Source: Eukaryota sp. GEM-RC1
Taxonomy: Eukaryota
Length of the DNA stretch: 64,000 nt
Reading direction: 5' to 3'
Assembly: GCA_040285855.1 (NCBI GenBank)
Contig: JAUFOQ010000018.1
Coordinates: 434,001-498,000, forward strand
A model generated the notes under the pieces. The model was not told the DNA's origin. It saw only the letters and a program-made list of their open reading frames with translations, and did not search any database. The position numbers and the translations under genes were made by a program. Position 1 is the stretch's first letter; every line of letters begins with the position of its first letter. Shown here one piece after another: positions 62,409 to 64,000 of this stretch.

Positions 62409-63889
62409 ATGAATTCCTCCAAGAAGCCGTCACCCAAACGATGGTACTTCATCGACTGGCTTCGAGCTATGGGTGTTCTTCAAGTAGTTCTTGTACATTG
62501 TCTTCAGTTTTTGATCTTCATCCTAATTCCTTTGCTTTCAAGTTACGTGACACTCACAGTGATCCAAATGATATTCTTGAAGCATATCAACTTTATGCAC
62601 ACTCTTTTGGAATGCCCATCTTCTTTGTCATTGGAGGAATCTCTGCCGTTTTATCGTATTCTAAGAGCAACAATGTTTACAAAACCATCTTGATGCGAGC
62701 CTCTCGACTTCTTATCCCTCTAATTGTAGGTCTTGTTCTCCTTGTTGTTCCCGCCAAGTTTCCTCTTCGAATGGATAATGTCTGCAACGACATCACTCCC
62801 CCTTCTAATCTTTTTTCGTTCTACCTCTACTACTTCCATCACTGCTTCACTTCCCAAGGAGTTTGGTGGCTATGGTTCTTAGTACTTCTATTTGCTGTTA
62901 ATTCCATCGTCATGCCATTGGTCGATGTCTCTTGTAAACTGTTTGACAATCCCTCAGATAGTTCTTGTCATACCAAGTGTTTCATAATGTTTATAGTCTA
63001 TTCTTTGATCTCTTTTATTCCAGTCTTCTTCGGTCTTCCCCTTCTTTCGTCTGTTGGATTCACGGTTCAACTGTTCGTTGTTACTCTACTCTTGTCTCTT
63101 CAATGTCAGGCTATAAACAAAGGTAAAGATCTTTTTGGCTGCTTTGCTTGGATTGGAATAGGACTCTCTGTTGCAGCTAGAGTTCTTATTCATTTGTCTA
63201 TTCCAAAAGAAAACAAAACTATTGCTGTGTGGGTGTATATTCTCTATGGTTTCACCTCAACTCAACTTCTTGGCTCAGGTTTGGTGTTTTTTAAAAATGA
63301 TTTTTTAAAGTTTATTGAAAACAAAAAAGCACTTGGAATTTTTTCAGTTATTGTTTTTGTCTTCTCTCTCTTTACAATGGGGATCATTGGGGGTCAATCA
63401 GAGCCTCGATGGGATTACCTGAAACTGAATGGAATTTACGTGACTTATGACGGTGGGATTGGAAATACCAGTCGCATGACGTTTCACTTGACCACTTTGA
63501 TTCTGATGGCAGTCGTGCTTCCCTTTGCGATTCTTACTTTAAACCAAGAAATCTATGACTGGTTTTATTTATTTGTAAAACGATCTGTTATTTGTGTGTA
63601 TATGGTACATGGCTTAATTTTAACCTATCTAGCATTGTTAGTTAGACCTTTATCTTATGGACTTCAGCTCACCACCTTGGTTGTAGCTACTCCTGTTTTA
63701 AGCTATTCTATTTCAATTTTAATTGATAATATTAAATATTTGAGAATTGCTTTCGGATATACTGGAAAACCTGTACCAGATTTATTTAGGAAAAAGAGTC
63801 TACTTCTCAAAAGGAAATTGAAATTGACAATTATCCTAAAGTTTAGTAATAAAATATTTAACGTACTAAAACCATATTTTTTTAAATGA
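62409..63889 (+). CDS. Membrane acyltransferase family 3 (OpgC/OafA-like); one homopolymer frameshift
   Basis: RWYFIDWLR..VVLVH, MPIFFVIGG, RASRLLIPLIVG, LWFL, VYMVH. One extra T in the T5 run at 62508-62512 joins the two ORFs. Confidence 0.8.
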
Positions 63890-64000
63890 GTGATGATGTC
63901 ATCATAAGGTCGTAAATGATTGTTGCTGCTACATTCCAAGCAGCATGCTCAATGACCAATCTGATGACGTCATCAGCACAGATCAAAGGCGTTCTTTTTG

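Overview
Eukaryotic, AT-rich, intron-poor protist DNA. One 28-nt intron has a branch point abutting the 3' splice site, which is metamonad-like (inference). Bases 1-37 kb are almost entirely transposon-derived: a near full-length CRE-like (RT + restriction-like endonuclease, RLE) non-LTR retrotransposon, then a ~34-kb tandem macro-array of 5 full units plus 1 partial unit. The units are built from scrambled non-LTR fragments, with unit-specific insertions (a hAT transposon, truncated LINEs, tiny (CT)n-tailed inserts). Bases 38-64 kb hold host genes (MFS sugar transporter, WDR82/Swd2-like, TOM1/THH1-like 7TM protein, SPATA4-like CH-domain protein, Mps1/TTK kinase, acyltransferase-3) interleaved with MITEs and TE relics. 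Two loci stand out. (1) A Fanzor1 (eukaryotic TnpB-like RNA-guided nuclease) gene at 41858-43657 has all three RuvC catalytic motifs, two mutually compensating homopolymer frameshifts, a structured candidate omegaRNA downstream and an 11-bp flanking direct repeat. (2) A tRNA-Leu(TAG) gene is split in its D-loop/A-box by a 2.67-kb segment carrying a GIY-YIG endonuclease and an intact tRNA-Leu(TAG). Next to it is a 160-bp tandem array of tRNA 5'-end/upstream sequence that is itself hit by an RLE retrotransposon. Many frameshifts fall in homopolymer runs and may be assembly errors. All coordinates were read by eye and no database searches were run.
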